The translations under genes were made by a program, and so were the position numbers. A DNA stretch of 64,000 nt from Flavobacteriales bacterium (GTDB lineage Bacteria; Bacteroidota; Bacteroidia; Flavobacteriales_D; Sanyastnellaceae), in contig JBMYZR010000002.1 of the NCBI GenBank assembly GCA_049610565.1, positions 38,536 to 102,535 of the forward strand. The letters are read 5' to 3'. The notes under the pieces are model-generated. The model saw only the letters and a program-made list of their open reading frames with translations, did not search any database and had not been told where the DNA came from. Below are positions 30,449 to 39,495 of the stretch, one piece after another (the stretch's first letter is position 1; each line of letters opens with the position of its first letter).

Positions 30449-31129
30449 ATGCGCATCGACATCCTGTCCGCCGTTCCCGACCTGTTGAAGGGCCCCTTCA
30501 GCGAGAGCATCGTGGGGCGTGCCCGCAAGGCCGGGGTCGTGGAGGTCGAAGTCCACGACATCCGCAAGTGGACCACCGACAAGCACGGCAAAATCGACGA
30601 CACCCCATTCGGCGGAGGCGCCGGCATGGTCATGGCCATCCAGCCCATCGTGGACGCCATCGCCGACCTGAAGTCCCAGCGCGACTACGACGAGGTCATC
30701 TACCTGACGCCGGACGGAGAGCGCCTGGGCCAATCCCGGGTGAACCAATTGAGCCTGTCCGGCAACCTGCTGATGCTCTGCGGCCACTACAAGGGCATCG
30801 ACCAGCGCATCCGCGACCACGTGATCACCCTCGAGCTGAGCATCGGAGACTACGTGCTGAGTGGAGGCGAACTCGCCGCTGCCGTTCTTGCCGACGCCAT
30901 TGTCCGCCTTGTGCCCGGGGCGATCGGCGATGGCGAAAGTGCGTTGACGGACAGCTTTCAGGATGGACTCCTCGCTCCCCCCGTCTACACCCGGCCCGCA
31001 GAATGGAACGGACACGCCGTGCCGGAGGTCCTGCTGGGTGGCCATCACGCCGAGATTGATCAATGGCGGATGGAGCAGGCCATGGAGCGGACACAACGAC
31101 TTCGTCCTGACCTGTTGGACGAGGCTTGA
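30449..31129 (+). CDS. trmD: tRNA (guanine37-N1)-methyltransferase TrmD
   Basis: [10 protein letters not shown]..., FGGGAGMVM, the [10 protein letters not shown] and [12 protein letters not shown] motifs, and the trmD-rplS pairing. Confidence 0.9.
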   Translation: MRIDILSAVPDLLKGPFSESIVGRARKAGVVEVEVHDIRKWTTDKHGKIDDTPFGGGAGMVMAIQPIVDAIADLKSQRDYDEVIYLTPDGERLGQSRVNQLSLSGNLLMLCGHYKGIDQRIRDHVITLELSIGDYVLSGGELAAAVLADAIVRLVPGAIGDGESALTDSFQDGLLAPPVYTRPAEWNGHAVPEVLLGGHHAEIDQWRMEQAMERTQRLRPDLLDEA

Positions 31130-31180
31130 AGTTTCGTAATATTGCACCCCGTTAAATCGGACACCCACAATCCCATCGTC

Positions 31181-31543
31181 ATGGATCGTCTTCGTCAAAT
31201 CTCCCAGCAGCTCAACAACGTGCAGGACTGGCCCGACTTCAAGGCCGGCGACACCATCAAGGTGAGCTACAAGATCAAGGAGGGCTCCAAGGAGCGTACC
31301 CAGGTGTTCCAAGGCACTGTGATTCAGCGCCGTGGAGAAGGTGCCACCGAGACGTTCACCGTCCGCAAGATGGCCTCCGGCGTCGGCGTGGAGCGGGTCT
31401 TCCCCTTCGGAAGCCCCTTCCTCGAAGGCATCGAAGTGATGAAGGTCGGTAAGGTTCGCCGCGCCCGCATTTACTACCTGCGTGGCCTCACGGGCAAGAG
31501 CGCCCGCATCAAGGAGAAGCGCTCCTTCTCCAAGGCGAAGTAA
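31181..31543 (+). CDS. rplS: 50S ribosomal protein L19
   Basis: [10 protein letters not shown]...FKAGDTIKV...FTVRK...GVERVF...RRARIYYLR aligns along its full length to E. coli L19. The ORF-track TTG start at 31142 adds 13 non-homologous residues. Confidence 0.9.
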   Translation: MDRLRQISQQLNNVQDWPDFKAGDTIKVSYKIKEGSKERTQVFQGTVIQRRGEGATETFTVRKMASGVGVERVFPFGSPFLEGIEVMKVGKVRRARIYYLRGLTGKSARIKEKRSFSKAK

Positions 31544-31558
31544 ATCGCCACCCCCAAC

Positions 31559-31592
31559 GCAGAGAAGCCGGGTTACCACCCGGCTTCTCTGC
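31559..31592 (+). terminator. Strong hairpin after rplS (15-bp perfect stem, no U-tract)
   Basis: GCAGAGAAGCCGGGT (31559-31573), loop TACC, ACCCGGCTTCTCTGC (31578-31592). No T-run follows, so it may be a terminator or a processing/stability hairpin. Confidence 0.55.
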
Positions 31593-31628
31593 GTTCAGGC
31601 CATTCACTGCCTATCTTGGCGACCCTCC

Positions 31629-32381
31629 ATGGAGACCCCTTACGAGATCCAGATCATCTGCAGCACGCCCGGCGACGTATCCCGGGCCGAGCGCGGCGGT
31701 GCTACGCGCATCGAACTGGCCGGATGCTACACCACGGGAGGTGTCACCCCCTCTCCCGGCACCATCCTCAGTTGCATGGCCGCCACCGCCCTGCCGGTCA
31801 TCGTGGCGTTGCGCCCCCGGGAAGGTCACCTCGTTTACAGCGCGTCGGAAAAGGAGATCATCCTGAAGGATGCCGAATGGTGCCTCGAACAAGGCGCACA
31901 CCAGGTCCTCATCGGCGGGCTCAACGCCCACCTCGAATTGGATTTCGACTTGCTGGAGACGGCCATCCAGCGCTTTGGGGGAAACCGGCTCATGGCCAGC
32001 CGGGCACTCGACAGCGCCAAAAAGCCCCACCGCGATTTCGAACGGTTGGCCGAACTGCCCATCGGAGGCTTGGCCTCGAGTGCCGGAAAAGGCAACGCCA
32101 TCAAGGGCCACGAGGACCTCATCGACTGGCAGTCCCGCGTGGACTTTGATGTCTACGCCTCAGGGGCGGTCCTGCCGCATGGTGCTGCCCGCATGTGGAA
32201 TGCCGGGTTGTCCTGCTTCCGCGCCTCCGCCCGCCACAGTGCCGGCGTCGCCCACGAGGGGCGATGGTTCGAAGGCGAACTGTACCCCGTGGATGCCAAG
32301 CGGGTCAGCAGCATGGCCAAGGCCATCCAAAAGGCCATCGCCAACGAGGACCTCGACGAGGCCCTGGGCGAAGACGCCTGA
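31629..32381 (+). CDS. cutC: CutC-family copper homeostasis protein
   Basis: N-terminal EIQIICSTPGDVSRAERGGATRIELAG...GGVTPS is typical of CutC TIM-barrel proteins. The ORF-track entry 31482 is an over-extension through the rplS 3' end and the hairpin. Confidence 0.7.
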   Translation: METPYEIQIICSTPGDVSRAERGGATRIELAGCYTTGGVTPSPGTILSCMAATALPVIVALRPREGHLVYSASEKEIILKDAEWCLEQGAHQVLIGGLNAHLELDFDLLETAIQRFGGNRLMASRALDSAKKPHRDFERLAELPIGGLASSAGKGNAIKGHEDLIDWQSRVDFDVYASGAVLPHGAARMWNAGLSCFRASARHSAGVAHEGRWFEGELYPVDAKRVSSMAKAIQKAIANEDLDEALGEDA

Positions 32382-32388
32382 CCACCGA

Positions 32389-34089
32389 TCAGCCAGCCAA
32401 CACGTCCGCCACGCGCTGGCGAACCGCAGCCTCCTTGGCCTCGGCCTCCTTCTCAAGTTCAGCGCACCGGGCGAGCATCTCCTCCGCCTTGACACGGTCC
32501 TTGAGGTCCGCGGCATTGACCCGGACGTTCATCACGGCGCCCAGCACCGCGGTCCGGGCACACAGCGCCCCCACACCGGCATCCGTCACCGAGTTTGGGT
32601 TGCCCCGCTCGGCCATCTCGGCCATCACCGCCATGGAAGCCAGTGAGAGCTCCGCCACCTCAAGCGGCGTTTCCATCGCGCCCAGCGTGGCCGCCTGAAT
32701 GGCCGCTGCACGCTCTGCCTTCTGGGCCTCGTTGCCCTTGGGCAGTCCGAAAGCCGCCATGATGGCATCGAAGGCCGCCGTGTCCTCATCCACCAGCTGC
32801 AACAGCCGTGTCTGGATGGCCATGCCCCGCTCCGCCACGTCGCTGAAGGACGACCACTTGTCGTCCCAACCGCGCTTGTGCGCGCTGAGGTTGGCCACCA
32901 TCGTCCCGAGGGACACACCGAGCGCCCCTACATAGGCGGAAATCGAGCCGCCACCGGGTGCCGGGCTCTCGCTCGCCGTTTCATCGGCAAAGCCGGTCAA
33001 CGTCATCGAAGCCAATGGCGCCGTGTTTCCGCCAGCATCCTCCAACAGGTACTCGATGACCCGCTTCCGCGCATCGAACGGAGCCAGGTCGTCGAGGCCC
33101 AAGGACTTCACGGCGACCTTGACCTTTTCCAACTCGCTGATGCCAAGGCTCCGGTTCTGCTTGCGCAGATAATGGTGCGCCGCATCGATGAGCACTCGCT
33201 TCGGAATCAGACCCACGATTTCGCTACCGGTCACCCGCATGCCCCGGGCGATGGAGCGCTCGCACGCGGCATCGAAAGCCTCATGCACTGTGGTCACCGA
33301 GATGTTGGTGAGGTTCAGGGACAACTGGGCGATCCCGTATTCCTCGATGTACCACCCGATCCCCTTGACGCACTTCAGCAACCCTGGCTCGCGCATCGGG
33401 TTGCCCTCGGCATCGTTCACGACAGGGCCGGTCAGACCGCCTTCCCGCTTCACGCGGCCATTTTCCCGGAGGTCAAAGGCCACGGCATTCGCACGGCGGG
33501 TCGAGGTGGTGTTCAGGTTGATGTTGTACGCCACGAGAAAATCCCGGGCACCCACGGCCGTGGCTCCGGTGGACCGGGCACGCGCATTGAATTCCGCGGG
33601 ACCGAAATCCGGCGCCCATCCGGGCTCGGACAGCTTTTCCAACCCCTCGTACTCGCCTTTGCGACAATGGGCCAGGTTCCGGCGCTCGGGCAATGTGGCT
33701 GCCTCCTCGTAGAAGTAACCCGGGATGCCCAATTCCTCACCAATTCGGCGACCGAGCTCGTGGGCCGCGGCCTTGCAGTCTTCCATCGTGACGCCGGCCA
33801 CGGGAACGAACGGACAGACGTCCGTGGCCCCCATCCGCGGATGCTCCCCTTGGTGCTTGGACATGTCAATCAACTCCCCCGCCTTCTGGATCAGGCGGAA
33901 GGCCGCCTCCACAATCGTCTCGGGCGGACCGACAAACGTGATGACCGTCCGGTGGGTCGAGCTGCCGGGGTCGACATCGAGGAGTCGAACCCCGTCCACG
34001 GTTTCCACAACGGCAGCAATGGCGTCGATCTTGGCACGGTCACGGCCCTCGCTGATGTTGGGCACGCATTCGATGAGGCGGGTGGTCAT
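32389..34089 (-). CDS. ftcD: Bifunctional glutamate formimidoyltransferase / formimidoyltetrahydrofolate cyclodeaminase (FTCD-like)
   Basis: N-terminal LIECVPNISEGRD transferase signature, and 566 aa with an all-helical cyclodeaminase-like C-terminal domain. Confidence 0.85.
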   Translation of the reverse strand: MTTRLIECVPNISEGRDRAKIDAIAAVVETVDGVRLLDVDPGSSTHRTVITFVGPPETIVEAAFRLIQKAGELIDMSKHQGEHPRMGATDVCPFVPVAGVTMEDCKAAAHELGRRIGEELGIPGYFYEEAATLPERRNLAHCRKGEYEGLEKLSEPGWAPDFGPAEFNARARSTGATAVGARDFLVAYNINLNTTSTRRANAVAFDLRENGRVKREGGLTGPVVNDAEGNPMREPGLLKCVKGIGWYIEEYGIAQLSLNLTNISVTTVHEAFDAACERSIARGMRVTGSEIVGLIPKRVLIDAAHHYLRKQNRSLGISELEKVKVAVKSLGLDDLAPFDARKRVIEYLLEDAGGNTAPLASMTLTGFADETASESPAPGGGSISAYVGALGVSLGTMVANLSAHKRGWDDKWSSFSDVAERGMAIQTRLLQLVDEDTAAFDAIMAAFGLPKGNEAQKAERAAAIQAATLGAMETPLEVAELSLASMAVMAEMAERGNPNSVTDAGVGALCARTAVLGAVMNVRVNAADLKDRVKAEEMLARCAELEKEAEAKEAAVRQRVADVLAG

Positions 34090-34124
34090 GTCGTCGGTTT
34101 TGCGACCGCCAAACTACACCCGAG

Positions 34125-37001
34125 TCAATCACAGATGGCGCCCCACGCAGACAACAATGTCAACAGGTCCGAGGTCCCCACTTGGCCATCCCCATCGACA
34201 TCCTCGGCGCATTCCACGGCGCAACTTCCGTCGTCCACCGCCGCGTCGGGATTGTAGTTGACCGCATTCGGATCGAGGCATCCCGCGAGGTAGCAACTTC
34301 CATCGTCCAGCGTGGCCAGGGGGTTGTAGTTGACGGCGAAGGCGTACGTGCAGCCCGACAGGCCGTCGACCACCTCCACGAAGGCCACCACGGGATCGCT
34401 CTTGCACGTCAACCCCTGACTGCGGATGGACCAATCGTAGAAGAAATAGTAGTAGCCGAGACCCGCCGCATTGGGGATGGTGCTCGAGGTGATGGTGGCC
34501 ATGCCCTCGAGGTCATACGGGTAGGCCAATTCGCCGGCCGCATTGTCCCGCCACAGGTCCAGCGCTTCCGCCTCGGCCATCAAGCCGTAGTCTTCCCCGG
34601 CCTCCAAGGCGAACCCGAGGTTGACCGTGTTCCACCCGGCCTCCAGCGACACCGTCTTGCTGAGGATGGTCCCCAGCTGGGGCTGGGTGACGTGGATGAC
34701 CCGCTGGCCTGCGGATCCCGCCCGCATCCGCACCGTCTCGATCACGATCGGCTCATGGACATCGAACCGCAATCCATACGTGTCGGAGTCGATGAAGCCA
34801 CCGGACGAACTGGTCAATTTGCCCCCGGAGCCTTCGCGGATGTCACGCTGCGCATGGGCCTGGACCCACCACCCCGTGCTGCCACCCAGGGGTGCCGTCG
34901 TGAAGGTGGGACCTGACGAAATGAACGGGCCGACCGTCTCCGTCGTCCCGGCCAACAGGTCCTGCCATGCATTGGGGCCCCATGGCGCATGCCAATGGAG
35001 AACGGCATCGTCGAGCACGGTGGGCTCGAAGGTGTAGGCCGTCCCGGTCGGCACGACCGCGGTGGGGATGATGGGCTCCAGCGGCGCATCGAAGACGGCC
35101 AGCATGACCGGCTCCGAGATGTCAACATGGCCGCAGAGGTTGGTCGTTTGCACCGTCAGCGTATCGGACATGGCCTGGTACAGGGTGTCCGTGCCAATGC
35201 CATTGGACCACAGGACATCCAAATGCTGACCCTGCACGGTGAGCCTCCGGATGGTGCCCGAACAGTACTTGCTGGGCCCGTCCAATTCGATGACCGGAGG
35301 TTCGGCCGCGACCACGGAAACCGGCACGGCGGGTGACAGGACCGAACATCCGTTGCCGGAGGACAACAGCGCCTGCGCGATGCCGGGCTCGGAAAAGACC
35401 CGGCCACCGGCGCCATCCTCACCGCCTGTCCACGAGGACGCCGCCCACCCATCCGGGATGGCGAACACGGCGGAATCGCCCGGACAGAGTTGAACCGTTT
35501 CCGGCCAATCCAATTCCGGGGACAAGCCCAGGCAGGGCGTTTCCAACACCGTGTGGTAGGCGTCGACTTGCGGGTCGAGCATGACGGTGCGCAGTCCGCT
35601 GGGCCAGAAGAACTCCACGCTGTCGACCGAGGCATGGTCCGCCAGACCGAAGTTGAACGTCAAGGGGCCGCAGGAACTGTAGCTGTATCCGATGAAACTC
35701 TGGTCCGTGCGCACGAAGTCCGGCGCCGCATGCACCACAACACGGGCACCGGCTGCATCCCGCGGCGACACCACCCCTTCAAGCTCGAACCCGATCCAGT
35801 GGTGTTCCAGGTCTTCATTGAGGAACAGTTGACACCCCGGGTTGGTGCTGACCAGCGTGTTGACCACCAGCAAATCCTCGGTGCCGTTCTCGTCAAAATC
35901 CGCCACGACCGTGGCATACCCACTGTATTGGCTCTCAATGGGGTGCCCTTCCGCGATGTCCGTGAAGGTCAGGTCGCCGTTGTTGTGGTACAGGAGATTC
36001 GGATAGGGACTGAAAAAGTATTCATTGGCCACATACAGGTCCCGCTCCCCGTCGTGGTCGTGGTCGATGAAGGCCGTTCCCCAGCCCATGCCCCAGTCGC
36101 CGACCCCCGCGGTTTCGGTGATGTTCTCAAAGGGCACGATGGGCCCATCCCCCTGAGGACCGGGGTTGATGAAGAGGTCGTTGGGCAGGTTGTTGGAGAT
36201 GTACAGATCGAGGTACCCGTCGTGGTTGAGGTCGGTCGCGTCCACCCCCATGCCCTGCGCGGCCAGGTTGAGCCCCCATGCCCCAGCCTGGTTCGTGAAG
36301 GATCCCGTGCCGTCGTTGATGTAGAGCTTGTTGGCCTGGTTGCCATCGTGGGTCAGGTAGAGGTCCAGGTCTCCGTCGTTTTCAATGTCGAGGAACAATG
36401 CCCCCATGCCGATCAGGTTGTCCGTGGCCCCGGAAGCGAGGTATCCGTCGGTGAATCCGCCCTCTCCGTCCGACATCCAGAATTCATTGGCCTCATTCAT
36501 GTTGACCACGTACAGGTCCAGCCAGCCATCGAGGTTCACGTCTGCCGCGTGGACACTGCGGCATTGGCCTTCGCTGCCCAGCCCCAAATCACTGGTGATG
36601 TCCGTGAAGGCGCCACCGTCGTTCCGCCAGAACCGGTTGGCATCGCCCGTGTTGCAGCTGAACAGATCGGGGTCACCGTCGTTGTCGTAATCAAAGAAGA
36701 GGGACGCCATGGTGAACCCGTCGTCCTCCACCCCGGCCGGCACGGCCACGAATTCTGCGTTGCCCTCATTCCGGTAAAGGGTGTTGGGCGCCAACCGACT
36801 CCCGATGTAGACGTCGAGGTCGCCATCGAGGTCATAGTCGGCCACCGACGCCGTGTGATTGAGGTAGTCCCCGGCCAACCCGGCCTGAACACTGTGATCC
36901 ACGAAAAAAGACGTTTGCGCAGCGCACCAGCCGAACAGGCCACACGCGCTCACGGTCAACAGCAATCGGTTCAGTCTCTCCATCGGTTTTGGCCGCATCA
37001 T
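34125..37001 (-). CDS. Secreted FG-GAP/VCBS-repeat protein with ASPIC/UnbV domain (CRTAC1-like), Cys-bounded NYNP mini-repeats and dockerin-like tail
   Basis: Signal peptide (LLLTVSACGLFGWCAAQ). Repeated DxDGDLD/DNDGDPD FG-GAP calcium loops. ASPIC/UnbV-like HHWIGFELEGV...AAGARVVV...FGLADHASVDSVEFFWPSG. The C-terminus has two copies of AVNYNP..A..DDGSC followed by DVDGDGQVGTSDLLTLLSAWG. The start may be ATG 36983. Confidence 0.75.
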   Translation of the reverse strand: MMRPKPMERLNRLLLTVSACGLFGWCAAQTSFFVDHSVQAGLAGDYLNHTASVADYDLDGDLDVYIGSRLAPNTLYRNEGNAEFVAVPAGVEDDGFTMASLFFDYDNDGDPDLFSCNTGDANRFWRNDGGAFTDITSDLGLGSEGQCRSVHAADVNLDGWLDLYVVNMNEANEFWMSDGEGGFTDGYLASGATDNLIGMGALFLDIENDGDLDLYLTHDGNQANKLYINDGTGSFTNQAGAWGLNLAAQGMGVDATDLNHDGYLDLYISNNLPNDLFINPGPQGDGPIVPFENITETAGVGDWGMGWGTAFIDHDHDGERDLYVANEYFFSPYPNLLYHNNGDLTFTDIAEGHPIESQYSGYATVVADFDENGTEDLLVVNTLVSTNPGCQLFLNEDLEHHWIGFELEGVVSPRDAAGARVVVHAAPDFVRTDQSFIGYSYSSCGPLTFNFGLADHASVDSVEFFWPSGLRTVMLDPQVDAYHTVLETPCLGLSPELDWPETVQLCPGDSAVFAIPDGWAASSWTGGEDGAGGRVFSEPGIAQALLSSGNGCSVLSPAVPVSVVAAEPPVIELDGPSKYCSGTIRRLTVQGQHLDVLWSNGIGTDTLYQAMSDTLTVQTTNLCGHVDISEPVMLAVFDAPLEPIIPTAVVPTGTAYTFEPTVLDDAVLHWHAPWGPNAWQDLLAGTTETVGPFISSGPTFTTAPLGGSTGWWVQAHAQRDIREGSGGKLTSSSGGFIDSDTYGLRFDVHEPIVIETVRMRAGSAGQRVIHVTQPQLGTILSKTVSLEAGWNTVNLGFALEAGEDYGLMAEAEALDLWRDNAAGELAYPYDLEGMATITSSTIPNAAGLGYYYFFYDWSIRSQGLTCKSDPVVAFVEVVDGLSGCTYAFAVNYNPLATLDDGSCYLAGCLDPNAVNYNPDAAVDDGSCAVECAEDVDGDGQVGTSDLLTLLSAWGAICD

Positions 37002-37040
37002 TGGCGGTCTCCTAGGTGAAGACTCAATATACGGACGGGT

Positions 37041-38306
37041 TCAGGAGACCCAATGCCCGCGAAGCAGGACCCGGTCCGCAAGCGGATCGCCAAAGGCATA
37101 GAGCGCTTCCTCCACCGACCGCAAGGGCCGCGTCACGATGAGGCTCGCCTCCTGCCCGATGGCCAATCCGCCGACCTCGCTGTCCAATCCCAGTGCGGCC
37201 GCACCATTGACGGTCGCGGCAGCCAGCGCTTCCCGGGGTTCAAGCCCCATTCGGATGCACCCCAGCGATGCCGCAAGGTGCATGTTGCCGGACGGCGCCG
37301 ACCCCGGATTGAAGTCGGTGGCGATGGCCAAAGGGCACCCGGCATCCACGAGGGTCCTGCCCGGCGTGTAGGGCAGGTCGAGGAACAGCGAACAGAGGGG
37401 CAGCGCGACAGGGATGGTGTTCGATGCGGACAATTCCGCCACATCCTCGGTGTCCAGGACCTCGAGGTGGTCCACACTCAGCGCGTCGAATTCCGCGCAG
37501 AGCGCCACCCCACCGCCAGCGGTGAACTGGTTGACATGGACCTTGGCGGGCAGCCCCCGCAGCCGGGCCTGCTCGAGAAGCAACCGGGTCTCCGCCAGCC
37601 CGAAATAGCCGTCCTCGCAGAAAATGTCGACGTGGTCGGCCAACCTTTCGGCCATCACGGCCGGCAAGACCTTGTCCACCATGTGTCGGGTGTAGGCCAT
37701 GGCGTCGGCCCAGCCCTCCGGCACTGCGTGACAGCCGAGAAAGGTGGTCTTGACGGGAATGCGGTCCAACTCACCCAGACGCCGCGCCACGCGGAGCATC
37801 TTCAATTCCGACTCCATGTCCAGGCCATACCCGGACTTGATCTCGATGGCCCCCGTGCCCATGCGCATCAGGCGCTCCATCCGCTCAAGCGACACAGCGT
37901 ACAGGTCATCCTCGCTCATGCTCCTCAGCGCTTTGGCACTGTTGAGGATGCCCCCGCCACGCTCTGCGATTTCCTGATAACTCAGTCCACGAATGCGGTC
38001 CACGAATTCCCCTTCCCGCGAGGCGGCATGAACGAGGTGGGTGTGGCTGTCCACCCAGGCGGGCAGGACCACCCGTCCATCCGCTTCGATGACCTCCAGT
38101 CCGTTCCAATCCGTGATGCCCGGGAAATCGGCCATCGTTCCCCCATCCAGGATGCGCCCATCCTCAATGGCCAGCCAGGCGTCCTCCATGACGGGAATCT
38201 TGCGCATCTCTCCACCTTCCAATCGACCGCTGGGTTCCGTTCCAAACCCCACAAGGTGACCGATGTCCTTGATGAGCAGGCGCCCTGTCGCAAATCCGGT
38301 TTCCAT
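37041..38306 (-). CDS. hutI: Imidazolonepropionase
   Basis: WVDSHTHLV metal-binding motif and an amidohydrolase fold of about 420 aa. I trimmed the start to ATG 38306, because ORF-track start 38324 is a TTG. Confidence 0.85.
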   Translation of the reverse strand: METGFATGRLLIKDIGHLVGFGTEPSGRLEGGEMRKIPVMEDAWLAIEDGRILDGGTMADFPGITDWNGLEVIEADGRVVLPAWVDSHTHLVHAASREGEFVDRIRGLSYQEIAERGGGILNSAKALRSMSEDDLYAVSLERMERLMRMGTGAIEIKSGYGLDMESELKMLRVARRLGELDRIPVKTTFLGCHAVPEGWADAMAYTRHMVDKVLPAVMAERLADHVDIFCEDGYFGLAETRLLLEQARLRGLPAKVHVNQFTAGGGVALCAEFDALSVDHLEVLDTEDVAELSASNTIPVALPLCSLFLDLPYTPGRTLVDAGCPLAIATDFNPGSAPSGNMHLAASLGCIRMGLEPREALAAATVNGAAALGLDSEVGGLAIGQEASLIVTRPLRSVEEALYAFGDPLADRVLLRGHWVS

Positions 38307-38344
38307 GCCCACAAGGTCGGACAAACCGGCGCGACCTCCCGGCG

Positions 38345-38352
38345 TACCTTTG
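38345..38352 (+). promoter_or_regulatory. Perfect -7 box TACCTTTG, 4 nt upstream of the aroC ATG
   Basis: The sequence reads TACCTTTG-CACC-ATG(38357). Confidence 0.45.
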
Positions 38353-38356
38353 CACC

Positions 38357-39448
38357 ATGCCCGGCAACTCCATCGGTTCGGCCTTTCGGCTCACCACATT
38401 CGGCGAATCCCACGGCCCCGCATTGGGTGGGGTCATCGATGGCGTTCCCGCCGGTGTCCTGCTGGACATCGACCGCATCCAGGCCGAGCTCGACCGCAGA
38501 AGGCCCGGGCAATCCAAGCTCACCACCCAACGCAAGGAAAGAGACACCGCCACCTTCCTGTCCGGCCTGCTCGACGGCTGCACGACGGGCACCCCCATCG
38601 GGTTCACGGTGCCCAATGACGATGCGCGCGGAGGAGACTACGACCACCTTCAGGACCGCTACCGGCCCAGCCATGCGGACTTCACCTACGACGCCAAATA
38701 CGGATTCCGGGACGTTCGCGGCGGTGGCCGCGCCAGCGCGCGGGAAACGGTCGCCCGGGTGATCGGCGGCGCCGTGGCGCGCCAGGTACTCGAGCAAATG
38801 CACCCGGATGCCCACCCGGAAGTGTCCGCCTATGTCGAGCGCGTGCAGGACATCGGCATGCCCGATGCGCCGGCCTTCTACCCCCATGACGTTGTCGACG
38901 CGACCCCGGTGCGCTGCCCACATCCGGACACGGCCGAGCGCATGATCCAGCGCATCGAAGCCATCCGCAAGGCAGGCGACACGGTCGGCGGCGCCGTGGC
39001 CGTCGTGGCCCGCGGCATCCCCGCCGGCTGGGGTGAGCCCGTGTTCGACAAGCTGCACGCCGACCTCGCCAAGGCCCTCTGGAGCTTGCCTGCCGTCAAG
39101 GGACTCGAGCTCGGCAGCGGATTCAGCGGCACCCTCATGCGTGGCTCCCAGCACAACGACGCCTTCGTCGCCAAGGAAGGCGGTGTCGGCACCGCCACCA
39201 ACCACAGCGGCGGCATCCAAGGCGGCATCAGCAACGGGGAAGACATCACCCTCCGCATCGGCTTCAAGCCCGTGGCCACCATCGTCCAGGAACAGAGCAC
39301 CGTCAACCAGGACGGCATTCCCGTGACCGTCCAGGGCAAGGGGCGCCATGATCCCTGCGTCCTGCCCCGGGCCGTCCCCATGGTCGAAGCCATGGTCCTG
39401 ATCGTGTTGGCCGACCACGCCTTGCGCCAACGCGGCGCCCGGATTTGA
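38357..39448 (+). CDS. aroC: Chorismate synthase
   Basis: FRLTTFGESHGPALG, RRPGQS and GRASARETV signatures. 363 aa. Confidence 0.9.
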   Translation: MPGNSIGSAFRLTTFGESHGPALGGVIDGVPAGVLLDIDRIQAELDRRRPGQSKLTTQRKERDTATFLSGLLDGCTTGTPIGFTVPNDDARGGDYDHLQDRYRPSHADFTYDAKYGFRDVRGGGRASARETVARVIGGAVARQVLEQMHPDAHPEVSAYVERVQDIGMPDAPAFYPHDVVDATPVRCPHPDTAERMIQRIEAIRKAGDTVGGAVAVVARGIPAGWGEPVFDKLHADLAKALWSLPAVKGLELGSGFSGTLMRGSQHNDAFVAKEGGVGTATNHSGGIQGGISNGEDITLRIGFKPVATIVQEQSTVNQDGIPVTVQGKGRHDPCVLPRAVPMVEAMVLIVLADHALRQRGARI

Positions 39449-39495
39449 ATGGGTAGATTGCGCCCTGCAATTCACCGTCTGAATCGAACACCCCC

